This document shows, piece by piece, positions 44,906-54,996 of a stretch of 64,000 nucleotides of DNA. Position 1 is the stretch's first letter; each line of letters begins with the position of its first letter. Under the pieces are notes generated by a model, which saw nothing but the letters and a program-made list of their open reading frames with translations, did no database searches and was not told the origin of the DNA. Source of the DNA: a virus (Duplodnaviria; Caudoviricetes); the IMG/VR virus record IMGVR_UViG_3300028909_000001; one strand, written 5' to 3'. A program made the position numbers and the translations under genes.

Positions 44906-46669
44906 ATGTTTGGCTCTTCATACTTTGGAGAAGGTTATTTTGGTGGCGATCCTCCATTACCAGATAGGGTAATTGAGGCAGCTAGTGCAGTTGATTCAGT
45001 TAGTGGTATAGCAGTATATAATGTTTCCGTAACAGAAACAGCTTCAGCTTCAGATTCAGTTGATTTAGCAGGTACAGTTTCAGTAACTTTCGGTGGTTTT
45101 TATCTCGCTCAGAATCAATTTGCTGGTGGTACAGCAATTCCTACTTCTCAAACTTATCTAGTTAGTGTAAGTGAATCAGCTTCAGCTCTAGATAGCCCTT
45201 CTAGTATAGCTGTATATGGAGCAAGTGATAGTGAATCTGCATCTGCTACTGATACTCCTAGTTCTACTGCTATATATCCAGGTTCTACTACAGAATCAGG
45301 TAGTGCAGTAGATAGTCCTTCTGTTAATGCTATATTTGCTGCAAGTACTTCAGAAAGTGGTACAGCAACTGACAATCCTTCAGCTAATTCTACTCTTCAA
45401 GCTAGTACTAGTGAATCTAATAGTGCAGTAGATAGTCCTAGTTCAACAGCTACATTTGCAGGGTCCATAACTGAGTCTGCTTCAGCTCTAGATAGTCCAG
45501 CTGGCGGTTATTTAGTAACTATATCTGAATCTGCTTCAGCTACAGAGTCACCCTCAGCTAATGATTTATTAGCAGCAACAGTATCAGAAAGTGGTTCAGC
45601 TTCAGATAATCCTAGTGCTAATGCTTTATTTGCAGGAAGTGTAACTGAATCTGCTAGTGCTTCTGATAACCCTTCTGCTAATGCTATATTTGCAGGTTCA
45701 GTAAGTGAAGCTGCTAGTGCTTCTGATAGTCCTTCATCTACTGCTAAATACAGTGTAAGTATTAGTGAATCTGGTAGTGCAACAGATTCTCCTTCAGCTA
45801 ATTCTACCCTACAAGCTAGTGTAACAGAATCAGCTTCAGCTCTAGATAGTATAGTTGGTGGTTATTTAGTAACTATAACAGAATCAGGAACAGCAACGGA
45901 TAATCCTAGTTCTACTGCTATATATGCATGTTCTACTACAGAATCAGGTAGTGCAGTAGATAACCCTTCAGCCAATGATTTATTAGCAGCTTCTATCACA
46001 GAATCAGTTACCACAATTGATACTCCTAGTTCTACTGCTAATTATAGTGTAACTATATCAGAGTCAGTCTCAGCTAATGACAATCCTTCAGCCAATGATT
46101 TATTAGCAGCTTCTATTACGGAGTCAGGCAGTGCTTCTGATAGTCCTAGCTCAACTGCTACTTATCAAGTTAGTATAAATGAGTCAGGAACAGCCCTAGA
46201 CAGCCCTACAGCTAATTCTACACTATTAGCTAGTATATCAGAGTCAGTCTCAGCTAATGATACTCCTACAGCTAATGATTTATTAACAAGTTCTATTACA
46301 GAGTCAGGTAGTGCAAGTGATTCTAGTTCAGCTTCAGTACTATTCAATACTTCTATTACTGAAACAGCTTCAGCCTTGGATAGTTTATCAGCTATTATAA
46401 GTTCTATAAATAGTGAGTCTGAAAGTGCCTCAGCTATAGATAATACTGATGCCACACTATTAACTCTAGCTAGTGTATTAGAATCTATTACCGCAATTGA
46501 TACAGCTTCAACTAATGCCCCACCTATTATTTATAGTGTAAATGTATTAGAAGCAGCCTTGGCTTTAGACAGTAATATCAACAATAACCCATTTGTTGAA
46601 GGTGTGATTAATAAGAAATTTATAAGTAGATTTCCGGTTCGAAAATCTAAATTATTGGCGAATGTTTAA
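44906..46669 (+). CDS. Ser/Ala/Thr repeat structural protein ((S/T)ESxSAxDxPS repeats)
   Basis: Many roughly 15-22-aa repeats. Confidence 0.75.
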   Translation: MFGSSYFGEGYFGGDPPLPDRVIEAASAVDSVSGIAVYNVSVTETASASDSVDLAGTVSVTFGGFYLAQNQFAGGTAIPTSQTYLVSVSESASALDSPSSIAVYGASDSESASATDTPSSTAIYPGSTTESGSAVDSPSVNAIFAASTSESGTATDNPSANSTLQASTSESNSAVDSPSSTATFAGSITESASALDSPAGGYLVTISESASATESPSANDLLAATVSESGSASDNPSANALFAGSVTESASASDNPSANAIFAGSVSEAASASDSPSSTAKYSVSISESGSATDSPSANSTLQASVTESASALDSIVGGYLVTITESGTATDNPSSTAIYACSTTESGSAVDNPSANDLLAASITESVTTIDTPSSTANYSVTISESVSANDNPSANDLLAASITESGSASDSPSSTATYQVSINESGTALDSPTANSTLLASISESVSANDTPTANDLLTSSITESGSASDSSSASVLFNTSITETASALDSLSAIISSINSESESASAIDNTDATLLTLASVLESITAIDTASTNAPPIIYSVNVLEAALALDSNINNNPFVEGVINKKFISRFPVRKSKLLANV

Positions 46670-46687
46670 GAAGCCCTCTTCTTTCAT

Positions 46688-47374
46688 TTAGTATTCAGGG
46701 ATTAATACTTGTTTATCTAGAATTTCTTTGTGACTCATCCATTTAAGTTTTCCGTGCTTATCCTTCATAATCCTATATAAATTACAATCTGCTCCTTTAG
46801 CTACATTTTGATTTATATAATTAGTAACACCTATCTTCGTGTTTTCTGCAATATGAACGGGATCATAAAAGCCAAAACTAGAAGGACTTACATTTCTAGA
46901 TTCATCTGGTATTGCTGACTCTGATACAATTCCTCCCTGCCCCATCTTAGTTACTTTATGACTATTATCAAAGTGTTCTAATGGATTAATACCTTCAACG
47001 TTATTAGCTAAAGGATTTCCTACAATAACCGACCTGACTTGCTGAGAGAAGAAACCAGGAGTAAGCCAGTTAAGATTCTTTTTCATTTGCATTTTATAAG
47101 CTGCTTTTTGTTGTATTTTACCTGCATCCTTATTTATATGGTCGGCTATAAAATCCTCTAGTCCCATAAATTTGGAGAATTTAAGGTTATCTCGATCATC
47201 ACCTTCAACCTCACCTTTATTAATCTTAATTAATTTTGCTGAACTAGCTAATAAGACTTGGGGACTTATTTTATCCTCATCTACTCCAATATTATTCTTA
47301 ACAATATCTTTATCTAGGGAGGTATGATTTAACCATTCCTTAAATTTAGTTAGTTTCTCGGTTCTAGTTAACAT
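46688..47374 (-). CDS. rpoB: RNA polymerase beta middle subunit (fork-loop region)
   Basis: GDDRDNL, INPLEHFDNSHKVTKMGQGG, RNVSPSSFGFYDPVHIAENTKIGV correspond to DDIDHL / NPLSEITHKRRISALGPGG / [24 protein letters not shown]. Confidence 0.87.
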   Translation of the reverse strand: MLTRTEKLTKFKEWLNHTSLDKDIVKNNIGVDEDKISPQVLLASSAKLIKINKGEVEGDDRDNLKFSKFMGLEDFIADHINKDAGKIQQKAAYKMQMKKNLNWLTPGFFSQQVRSVIVGNPLANNVEGINPLEHFDNSHKVTKMGQGGIVSESAIPDESRNVSPSSFGFYDPVHIAENTKIGVTNYINQNVAKGADCNLYRIMKDKHGKLKWMSHKEILDKQVLIPEY

Positions 47375-47375
47375 A

Positions 47376-48116
47376 TTAATTCTGTACTTGTATAAGGTCA
47401 GCTACTAATTGATCCATATTAAACCCGGAAGGAGATAAACCAGTATTATTAATCCAATCCTGACTAATCAATGCATAAGCTTCCTCAGTCCTATTAGTCA
47501 CCCAATCATAAGTAGCGGATTGTACAGCACCCCAAGTAATATATTCAAAAGTATTCTCTGAAAATGAAAATGATGGTATGGCATGTCCTCCAATTATATT
47601 CCCAGTAGTATATTGCCAGGTAGTTATGCCACTTTCCACAGCATTCATATCATCCTCAGTCAAATCAACCCCAGTATAAACCCCTCCAAATAACCAGATA
47701 GCTATTTTTAGATGAAGTATATTCTTAGGATTAACACTTACGAATGCCCCTATCTTATGATTAGCAATACCTGTAGTTTGCCAGTACTTCAATACCTCAA
47801 GTTCAACTGCTCCATTATCAGTAGCAGGATTATTAGGAGTATAGCCAGTAATTGCTTCATAGGCTCTTAATACATCATCATTAGTAGGTGTGATGAGTGT
47901 AGAACTATTTGCAGTCCAGTTCATAATATAGTGAGCGGCAGCAGCACAAGTACAAATTCCTAGACTATCATTGAGAAACATCTGATAAGGGTTATTACCT
48001 ATTTTAGCCCACCAATTAATAGAAGTTGGTGGTATTAGTGTAGGAGCTAAATACTTTTCTAGTTTAAGCGCCCTCTTATCAAATACAGCCTTATTACGTC
48101 CTAATTTATAGTTCAT
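47376..48116 (-). CDS. Papain-like (C1-type) cysteine protease
   Basis: NDSLGICTCA (C55), GGHAI (H178), ITWG. Confidence 0.75.
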   Translation of the reverse strand: MNYKLGRNKAVFDKRALKLEKYLAPTLIPPTSINWWAKIGNNPYQMFLNDSLGICTCAAAAHYIMNWTANSSTLITPTNDDVLRAYEAITGYTPNNPATDNGAVELEVLKYWQTTGIANHKIGAFVSVNPKNILHLKIAIWLFGGVYTGVDLTEDDMNAVESGITTWQYTTGNIIGGHAIPSFSFSENTFEYITWGAVQSATYDWVTNRTEEAYALISQDWINNTGLSPSGFNMDQLVADLIQVQN

Positions 48117-48122
48117 AGTATT

Positions 48123-48190
48123 ATTCTACTTTCTTGGAACTACTTAAACAATAAAATAAAGTTGACAACATTACCGTACATTTCTAAAGT
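48123..48190. promoter_or_regulatory. Divergent pair of leaderless sigma70-type promoters
   Basis: Minus: TTGTTT-N17-TAGAAT-N6-ATG(48116). Plus: TTGACA-N17-TAAAGT-N6-ATG(48197). Confidence 0.7.
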
Positions 48191-48196
48191 AGTGTT

Positions 48197-48400
48197 ATGC
48201 AATTAGAGATAAATTACGAACCAGAAGATGAGGAAGTCACTATTATAGTTGATAATGCTGACGTTCTTAAAGCTACATTAGGGGAAAAGAATTTACTAGT
48301 GCTTAATAAGAAGTTTAAAGATATAAAAGATGATAACGAGAAACTTTATACTGCACTTAGAAGTATTACCCTGTCTTTAATGGAGCTTACTGAGGTTTAA
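48197..48400 (+). CDS. Hypothetical protein
   Basis: ATG at the leaderless position. Confidence 0.65.
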   Translation: MQLEINYEPEDEEVTIIVDNADVLKATLGEKNLLVLNKKFKDIKDDNEKLYTALRSITLSLMELTEV

Positions 48401-48518
48401 TTAGATATAACAAATTTAACGGTAGGCAAGTAAAAAATTTGCCTAAATCTTCCTTGTCCCTATTCCTAAGGGGCATTTTTTATGATAACTTGATTATTCA
48501 ATCAACAATAATAACTAT

Positions 48519-48845
48519 ATGACAAATGACGAATACTTACAGTTTACAAGAACAACTGCAATCTATCCTAAAGATAGAGAATTAGAATACCTGGGTTTGG
48601 GCTTAGCATCAGAAGCAGGCGAGGTGTGTGGAAAATTAAAGAAAGTGATTAGAGATGATAATGGAGTTTTAAGTGATGTAGTAAAGTTAAGGTTGACAGA
48701 TGAATTAAGTGATGCAGCCTGGTATTTAACTAGACTGGCCGATACTTTAGGTCTTACATTAACTGAATTGTTAGAACATAACTATATGAAACTATCTTCT
48801 AGGAAAGAAAGAGGAACTATAGGTGGCTCTGGGGATTTGCGTTGA
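48519..48845 (+). CDS. mazG: MazG-like nucleotide pyrophosphohydrolase
   Basis: LGLASEAGEV...KKVIRD...ELSD..WY...N..KL.SRK.RG.I.GSGD.R. Confidence 0.9.
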   Translation: MTNDEYLQFTRTTAIYPKDRELEYLGLGLASEAGEVCGKLKKVIRDDNGVLSDVVKLRLTDELSDAAWYLTRLADTLGLTLTELLEHNYMKLSSRKERGTIGGSGDLR

Positions 48846-48847
48846 TT

Positions 48848-49339
48848 ATGAACTGGGATGAATATTTTATGAGGCGTGCATATTTAGCAGCCGAGATGAG
48901 CAAGGACCCGAGAACTAAAATAGGGGCAGTATTGGTTAGAGATGGTAAGTGGGATATTTCATCAGGTTTTAATGGATTCCCTGCTAAAGTTCAAGATTCA
49001 CCAGAAAGATATAGTGATAGAAATACTAAGCTAAAAATGATAGTACATGCCGAGGCTAATTCTGTACTCCAATGTGCTAAACTAGGTTATTCTAGTTTAG
49101 GAACTACCTTATATACTCTTGGGATGCCTTGTAATGAGTGTATGAAAACAATAATTCAAGGAGGGATTACAAGTATAGTACTTCATAAACAATGGCCAGA
49201 GATGACTTATTCTGGAGATTGGGTTGAAGCTTTTAGAATATCTACAATTATGGCTAGAGAAGCAGAAATAAATATTAGTTACTTAGATAAAGTACTAGGG
49301 ATTAAGGGGTTTTGTGATGGTAAAGAAATGAATGTATAA
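48848..49339 (+). CDS. dCMP deaminase
   Basis: SKDPRTKIGA, HAEAN, PCNEC. Confidence 0.92.
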   Translation: MNWDEYFMRRAYLAAEMSKDPRTKIGAVLVRDGKWDISSGFNGFPAKVQDSPERYSDRNTKLKMIVHAEANSVLQCAKLGYSSLGTTLYTLGMPCNECMKTIIQGGITSIVLHKQWPEMTYSGDWVEAFRISTIMAREAEINISYLDKVLGIKGFCDGKEMNV

Positions 49340-49342
49340 ATT

Positions 49343-51454
49343 ATGGATAATAAAGATAATATTAACTTTTTAGAAGAAATTGCTAACTTTACTTTCATGA
49401 GTAAATATGCAAGGTATAACTCAATAGCTGAAAGAAGAGAAACTTGGGATGAGTGTGTAGATAGAGTAGAAAGTATGCATCTTCAAAAGTTTAGGAAATT
49501 ACCTAAAGAAGATTTGAATGAAATTAAACAAGCATTCAATTTAGTGAAAGAAAAAGGCCTCACACCATCAATGCGTTCTATGCAATTTGGTGGAAAAGCT
49601 ATTCTTGCTCATAATAGTAGAATGTTTAATTGTGCTGTAAGACATATAGATAGTATTCGTTCATTTTCTGAATCTTTTTATTTACTATTGTGTGGTTGTG
49701 GTGTCGGGTTTGGTATCTCAGATTATTTTCTTAACAGGTTACCCAAATTAGTAAATGAAAAAGATAAGAACGGTATTGTAATAACTTATGTAATCGAAGA
49801 CACAATAGAAGGATGGGCAGACTCTATTGAAGCATTATTGAACTGTTATTTTAAGAACACTGCTTATACTGGTAGGAAGATTGTGTTTGACTATAGTAGG
49901 ATTAGACCTGAAGGTACTCCATTAAAGACCGGCGGCGGCAAAGCTCCTGGTTATAAAGGATTAAAGCAAGCTCACATAAAAGTTAAGAAACTACTAGATA
50001 AAATTATTGAAGAAAATAAGCAAATCAGTCTTAAAACTATTAATGCTTATGATATTTTAATGCATTGTGCTGATGCTGTATTAAGTGGAGGTATTAGAAG
50101 GTCAGCTTGTGCCATTATATTTGATAAAAACGACCAAGATTTGATTAATGCTAAAACATTATTTAAAGTAACTAGGTATAATAAATTTGATTTTGACAAG
50201 GATACTAATAAATATGAAGGAAAAGTTACTGTAGATGGAGAGAAGTATGAAGTTGTTATTGATAAGTTTGAATATGATTTCTTAGTTAAGGATAATACAA
50301 TTAGCTGGATACATATCGAACCTCAAAGAGCTAGAAGTAATAATAGTGTATTATTACTTAGAGCTAGTACTACGTTAGAAGAGTTTACAGATATAATTGA
50401 AAAGACTAAACAGTTTGGAGAGCCGGGGTTTGTTTGGGCGGACCACCCCCATCAATTATTTAACCCTTGTTTTGAGATAGGGTTTATTCCGGTTACTGAA
50501 GATGGTAGATGTGGTGTTCAGTTTTGTAACTTAAGTTCAATTAATGGAGCTAAGGTTAAGAATAAACAAGACTTCTTAAATGCTGCTAAAGCTGCATCGA
50601 TATTAGGTACTTTACAAGCTTCGTACACAGAAGATATGGTTTATTTATCTAGAGTAACTAAAGAACTTACAGAGAAAGAAGCTTTGTTAGGAGTGTCGAT
50701 TACCGGGTTTATGGATTCACCAGATATTCTATTAACTGCTGAAATGTTACAAGAAGGCTCTAAATTAGTTGTTAAGACTAATGAATTATGGGCTAAGAAG
50801 TTAGGTATTAATCCGGCTGCTAGATGTACTTGTGTTAAGCCAGAAGGAACTAACAGTATTGTATTAATGAGTGCTTCTGGTGCACATCCACATCATAGTA
50901 GAAAGTACTTTAGAAGGATTCAATGTAATAAACACGAACCAATCTATAAGTATTTTAAGAGTATAAACCCTCATATGTGTGAGCCTAGCGTATGGAGTGC
51001 TAACAAGACAGATGATGTAGTTATGTTTCCTTTAAGTGTAGACGAAAATGCTATAGTTAAAGAAGATCTAACAGCATTAAAGCATCTTGAATATATAAAG
51101 TTAATTCAGGAAAATTGGGTATTGCCAGGTAGTACCATACATAATGAGAAGAATATTACTCATAATGTATCTTGTACTATTCAAGTAGCTGATGATGAAT
51201 GGGAAGAAGTTACTAAATATATTTATAATAATAAGAAAAATTTTGCAGCGGTTTCCTTTCTAGCTAAGATTGGAGACAAGTTATATAAACAAGCTCCTAT
51301 GGAAAGTGTTTCTACTAAAGAAGATAAAGATAAATGGGATGATATAGTTAGTAATTTTAAGAAAGTAGATTATAAGAAACTTAAAGAAGAGGAAGATACT
51401 ACTGCTTTAATGGCAGTTGCAGCATGTAGTGGTGGAAAATGTGATCTTTTATAA
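49343..51454 (+). CDS. nrdJ: Class II (AdoCbl-dependent, monomeric type) ribonucleotide reductase
   Basis: FNCA, LLLCGCGVGF, NPCFEI, CNLS, TCVKPEGT, C-terminal CSGGKC. Confidence 0.9.
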   Translation: MDNKDNINFLEEIANFTFMSKYARYNSIAERRETWDECVDRVESMHLQKFRKLPKEDLNEIKQAFNLVKEKGLTPSMRSMQFGGKAILAHNSRMFNCAVRHIDSIRSFSESFYLLLCGCGVGFGISDYFLNRLPKLVNEKDKNGIVITYVIEDTIEGWADSIEALLNCYFKNTAYTGRKIVFDYSRIRPEGTPLKTGGGKAPGYKGLKQAHIKVKKLLDKIIEENKQISLKTINAYDILMHCADAVLSGGIRRSACAIIFDKNDQDLINAKTLFKVTRYNKFDFDKDTNKYEGKVTVDGEKYEVVIDKFEYDFLVKDNTISWIHIEPQRARSNNSVLLLRASTTLEEFTDIIEKTKQFGEPGFVWADHPHQLFNPCFEIGFIPVTEDGRCGVQFCNLSSINGAKVKNKQDFLNAAKAASILGTLQASYTEDMVYLSRVTKELTEKEALLGVSITGFMDSPDILLTAEMLQEGSKLVVKTNELWAKKLGINPAARCTCVKPEGTNSIVLMSASGAHPHHSRKYFRRIQCNKHEPIYKYFKSINPHMCEPSVWSANKTDDVVMFPLSVDENAIVKEDLTALKHLEYIKLIQENWVLPGSTIHNEKNITHNVSCTIQVADDEWEEVTKYIYNNKKNFAAVSFLAKIGDKLYKQAPMESVSTKEDKDKWDDIVSNFKKVDYKKLKEEEDTTALMAVAACSGGKCDLL

Positions 51455-51517
51455 TTAAAAACCATATATAACACTTAGCATTGACATATTTTATGTTCTG
51501 TGATATATATGAGTTAT

Positions 51518-52222
51518 ATGACTAAACCTAATTTGATAGGTAAAATATTTGGTAAATTGACAGTTATTTCAAAAGCTGATGAACATAAATTTCATCAACA
51601 ATATTGGAATTGTTTATGTAGTTGCGGTGTTACTACAATAACAACTTCAGCAAAGTTACTTAGTGGGCATACAAAATCTTGTGGTTGTTTACACAGAAAA
51701 GATTTACTAGGTAAAAAATTTGGTAACTTAGAAGTAATTCGTTTTGATAAAGTAGTTATAGGAAATGCTTATTGGTTATGTAAATGTAATTGTGGACGTG
51801 AAGCTTCTATTAGAGGTAGTAGTTTAATTTCTAAACATACTACAACATGTGGTTGTACACATTTAGCAGGTCATACCAATTGTTTATGGGGTGGTGTAGG
51901 GAATATTTCTGGAACGTATTGGTGTACAATGTGTGGAGGAGCTAAGCGCCGTGGTATCCCTGTTGAAATTACAAAACAATATTTGTGGGATGTATTAGTT
52001 AAACAAAATTTTATATGTGCTCTATCTGGTGTTTTGTTGATACTAAATTCAAAAAATGGTTGTTATGATGGAAATGCTTCTATTGATAGAATTGATTCTT
52101 CCAAGGCTTATATTGAAGGAAATATACAATGGGTGCACAAATATGTAAATTTAATGAAATTAGATAAATCCTCAGAAGAATTTATAAGATGGTGTAAACT
52201 CGTAGCAGATAACAACAAATAA
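51518..52222 (+). mobile_element. Free-standing zinc-finger/HNH-type homing endonuclease
   Basis: Repeated GK.FG.L.V...W.C.C.CG units; CALSG...ASIDRIDS...Y...N.QWV; upstream TTGACA at 51481. Confidence 0.8.
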
Positions 52223-52271
52223 TTATGAATTATGAATACATGTCAATTAGAACTTAAGAAGAAATAAATAT

Positions 52272-52712
52272 ATGACCAAATATGTACTAGGGTTTTTGTT
52301 TTCTACTGATCTATCTAAGGTAGTACTCATTAGAAAACAGCAACCAGAATGGATGAGGGGATTATTGAATGGAGTAGGCGGTAAGGTCGAATCAAGAGAA
52401 TTTCCTACCGATACTATGGTAAGAGAGTTTGAAGAGGAGGCTGGGGTTAAGATAATTGACTGGAAATATTACAGTATTATGCTTGGTACCGATACTGATA
52501 ATACTCCTTTTACAGTTTATTGTTATTATACAGTAACTGACCCAATTAACGTAAAAACTATGGAAGAAGAGGAAGTTGGAATCTTTGAAGTTAGTGAGGT
52601 AATAGCAGGGAAATTACCGATAATGAAGAATTTGCCTTGGTTGATCACAGCAGCTTTGGATTTTATCACTAATCCAAGGCCGCCAAGTTTTATAACTGCT
52701 AATTATGAATAG
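52272..52712 (+). CDS. Nudix hydrolase
   Basis: GGKVE.RE...DTMVREFEEEAG Nudix box. Confidence 0.9.
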   Translation: MTKYVLGFLFSTDLSKVVLIRKQQPEWMRGLLNGVGGKVESREFPTDTMVREFEEEAGVKIIDWKYYSIMLGTDTDNTPFTVYCYYTVTDPINVKTMEEEEVGIFEVSEVIAGKLPIMKNLPWLITAALDFITNPRPPSFITANYE

Positions 52713-52974
52713 CTTAGAACAAAGTAAATTAGACAAAATTAAACTAGAAATACATCAGGGTTTACTACCATTTATAGGAGAATTTAATACTGAATCATTG
52801 AGAGAATCAATAGAAGGATTTTTACGAGTATTACAGGAAGAATTTAATAAATGTAATGCTAATAATGATACTATAATCACTATTGTTCCAGATACTAGTG
52901 ATTCAAATATAATTAATATAAGTATGTCTTTAACCTATCATAGACCAATAAATAATATAACAATTTACAACTAA
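52705..52974 (+). CDS. Hypothetical protein
   Basis: ATG ORF in the operon. Confidence 0.6.
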   Translation: MNSLEQSKLDKIKLEIHQGLLPFIGEFNTESLRESIEGFLRVLQEEFNKCNANNDTIITIVPDTSDSNIINISMSLTYHRPINNITIYN

Positions 52975-53675
52975 TGAATAACATACCGATTATTGGTGAG
53001 AAGAGAGGTTTCCTTATTATAGCAGAAGGCGCAGATGCTTCGGGTAAGGATATGCATGTAGACCTGCTTAGACAGGCTTTAAACAAGACTGGATTTAGTG
53101 TGAAGACGTTTAGATCACCGGGTAGTACAGAATTAGGTGAGAAAATTAGAGAGATATTTAAATCTAGCAATACACCAATCTGTCCTGAAGCAGAATTGTT
53201 ACTTATGACTGCTTCTTTCGCACAACTAGTTAAAGATGCTATAAAACCTGCACTACAAGAAGGTAATATAGTTATCTGTAATAGGTTTTATTGGTCCACG
53301 ATTATTTATCAAGGATTCGGAAAGTTTGTAGATAAAGATATTATATCCGCTAATCTACATTTTGTGCTTAATGGTTTGGTTCCAGATTTAACCTTAGTCT
53401 TGCATACTACTGATGAAGAGACGGCTAGAAGAATATCAGAAAGAAAGACTACTGATAGATTTGAGTCTGAAAGTAAAGAATATCATGCCAGAATAAAGCA
53501 AGGTTTTGAATGGTTAATGAGTTTACAAGAAGCTAGTAAGGGAGCTATCATACCAATTGATAGCTCTGGTAGTATAGAAGACACACATAATGAGATATTT
53601 AGATGTGTAGCATTTAAAATAGGACAGTTAAAAGAAGGTACAATAGAAGTGGATTTAGCTAAAAAGATTATTTAA
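52974..53675 (+). CDS. tmk: Thymidylate kinase
   Basis: EGADASGK P-loop, RSPGS, NRFYWSTIIYQG, PDLT. Confidence 0.9.
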   Translation: MNNIPIIGEKRGFLIIAEGADASGKDMHVDLLRQALNKTGFSVKTFRSPGSTELGEKIREIFKSSNTPICPEAELLLMTASFAQLVKDAIKPALQEGNIVICNRFYWSTIIYQGFGKFVDKDIISANLHFVLNGLVPDLTLVLHTTDEETARRISERKTTDRFESESKEYHARIKQGFEWLMSLQEASKGAIIPIDSSGSIEDTHNEIFRCVAFKIGQLKEGTIEVDLAKKII

Positions 53676-53679
53676 ATTT

Positions 53680-53889
53680 ATGGGAAAACAACACTTAGAC
53701 AATATAAAGATAGTAAAATCAAAAGAAGCAGAACTAAAAAGAGACAAGTTTATTAAAGAAACTGAAGGTAATCATGCTAGAGTGGAAGATGGAAGAAAAA
53801 CTGAAGTTACCAAAGCTAGATTATCTGATAAAGAAGTTAGTGAGCAGAATAAAGTTACTGAGAACTGGGTTAACCAATACATTAAATGA
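53680..53889 (+). CDS. Hypothetical protein
   Basis: ATG ORF in the operon. Confidence 0.6.
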   Translation: MGKQHLDNIKIVKSKEAELKRDKFIKETEGNHARVEDGRKTEVTKARLSDKEVSEQNKVTENWVNQYIK

Positions 53890-54659
53890 ATAAAGGAGAG
53901 ACAATTAACGTTTTAGATCACGGATTTGTAAGATTAATTGATTGGATGGGTAATGATGAACGTATTTGTGAAGCTGCTAGAATAAGCTATAAAGCACCTA
54001 GTAAAGGAATAGAAGGTGACCGTAAACTGATTCAATATCTTTATAAAAATAGGCATACTAGTCCGTTTGAGATGGTAAAGATTACATTAAATATCAAGTT
54101 ACCTCTATTTGTTATGCGTCAATATGTTCGTCATAGGATGCAGAATTTAAATGAAGTTAGTGCTAGATATACAGAATTACCTAATGAGTTTTATATTCCT
54201 TCTAGTTGGAGAGTGCAAGATACTAAAAATAAACAAGGAAGTTTAGTTACTGGAGGTATGGATAACCAAGGTAATCTTATTGATGATAAATGGAATCCAA
54301 TTGTAGAACACTATAATCATATTCCAACTATAGAAGAAAATTATAGTAGAATAGATGTAACAGCTACAGAAGCATTAATAAAACATTGTCACTATTCTTA
54401 TGAGTTATATCAATCAATGTTGGCGCAAGGTATAGCTAGAGAGATGGCTAGGATGGTATTGCCTGTTAATATTTATACAGAAATATATGCTTGCTGGGAT
54501 TTAAAGAATCTACTTCACTTTATTACGTTAAGAGAAGATAGTCACGCTCAAGCAGAAATTCAGGAGTATGGTAAAGCTATTAAATTAATATGTCAGGATA
54601 AGTTTCCTTTAGTAATGGAAGCTTATGAAAAATATAAGTGGGTAGTTTTTGAGTCATAG
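53886..54659 (+). CDS. thyX: Flavin-dependent thymidylate synthase
   Basis: AARISY, HTSPFE, RQYVRHR...NEVSARY, REMARMVLP. Confidence 0.95.
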   Translation: MNKGETINVLDHGFVRLIDWMGNDERICEAARISYKAPSKGIEGDRKLIQYLYKNRHTSPFEMVKITLNIKLPLFVMRQYVRHRMQNLNEVSARYTELPNEFYIPSSWRVQDTKNKQGSLVTGGMDNQGNLIDDKWNPIVEHYNHIPTIEENYSRIDVTATEALIKHCHYSYELYQSMLAQGIAREMARMVLPVNIYTEIYACWDLKNLLHFITLREDSHAQAEIQEYGKAIKLICQDKFPLVMEAYEKYKWVVFES

Positions 54660-54663
54660 CTAA

Positions 54664-54710
54664 AGAAAAGGGTGCTGAGGTTAGGTATTTAACCCAACCT
54701 CAGCATCTTG
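54664..54710. terminator. Hairpin terminator after thyX
   Basis: GGTGCTGAGGTT/AACCTCAGCATC stem with a flanking A tract. Confidence 0.7.
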
Positions 54711-54814
54711 TTATTCGTATAACCCGATCGGGTAGGGAGTAGCAGGTCAGAGAAGGTGATAACGGTAAATACGAAAGCCAACGCCAGTACCATCATAATA
54801 AGTTCGTGTATCAT
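54689..54814 (-). CDS. Possible small membrane peptide (41 aa)
   Basis: Hand translation MIHELIMMVLALAFVFTVITF...; GGTATAAT upstream at 54865-54872. Confidence 0.35.
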   Translation of the reverse strand: MIHELIMMVLALAFVFTVITFSDLLLPTRSGYTNNKMLRLG

Positions 54815-54905
54815 AAGTTTAATTTTTAATGTTGCGGTTGTGGTTAAGAACTACTAATCATTTTATTATACCTTAAAATATGATAAATATGATGTAGGGT
54901 CCCCC

Positions 54906-54946
54906 TCCCTCCCCTCTACCTAACTTAAACTTAAATAGGGTATAAT
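54906..54946 (+). promoter_or_regulatory. Class A promoter
   Basis: TCCCTCCCCTC-N22-GGTATAAT. Confidence 0.7.
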
Positions 54947-54996
54947 AATTTGAATAACATAAACATTATTCGGAAATTTTTACTTATCTATCATAC

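Noticed and set aside
54865-54905. Sixth class A promoter on the minus strand
   Set aside because: GGTATAAT is present but there is no C-box at the 22-23 nt spacing.
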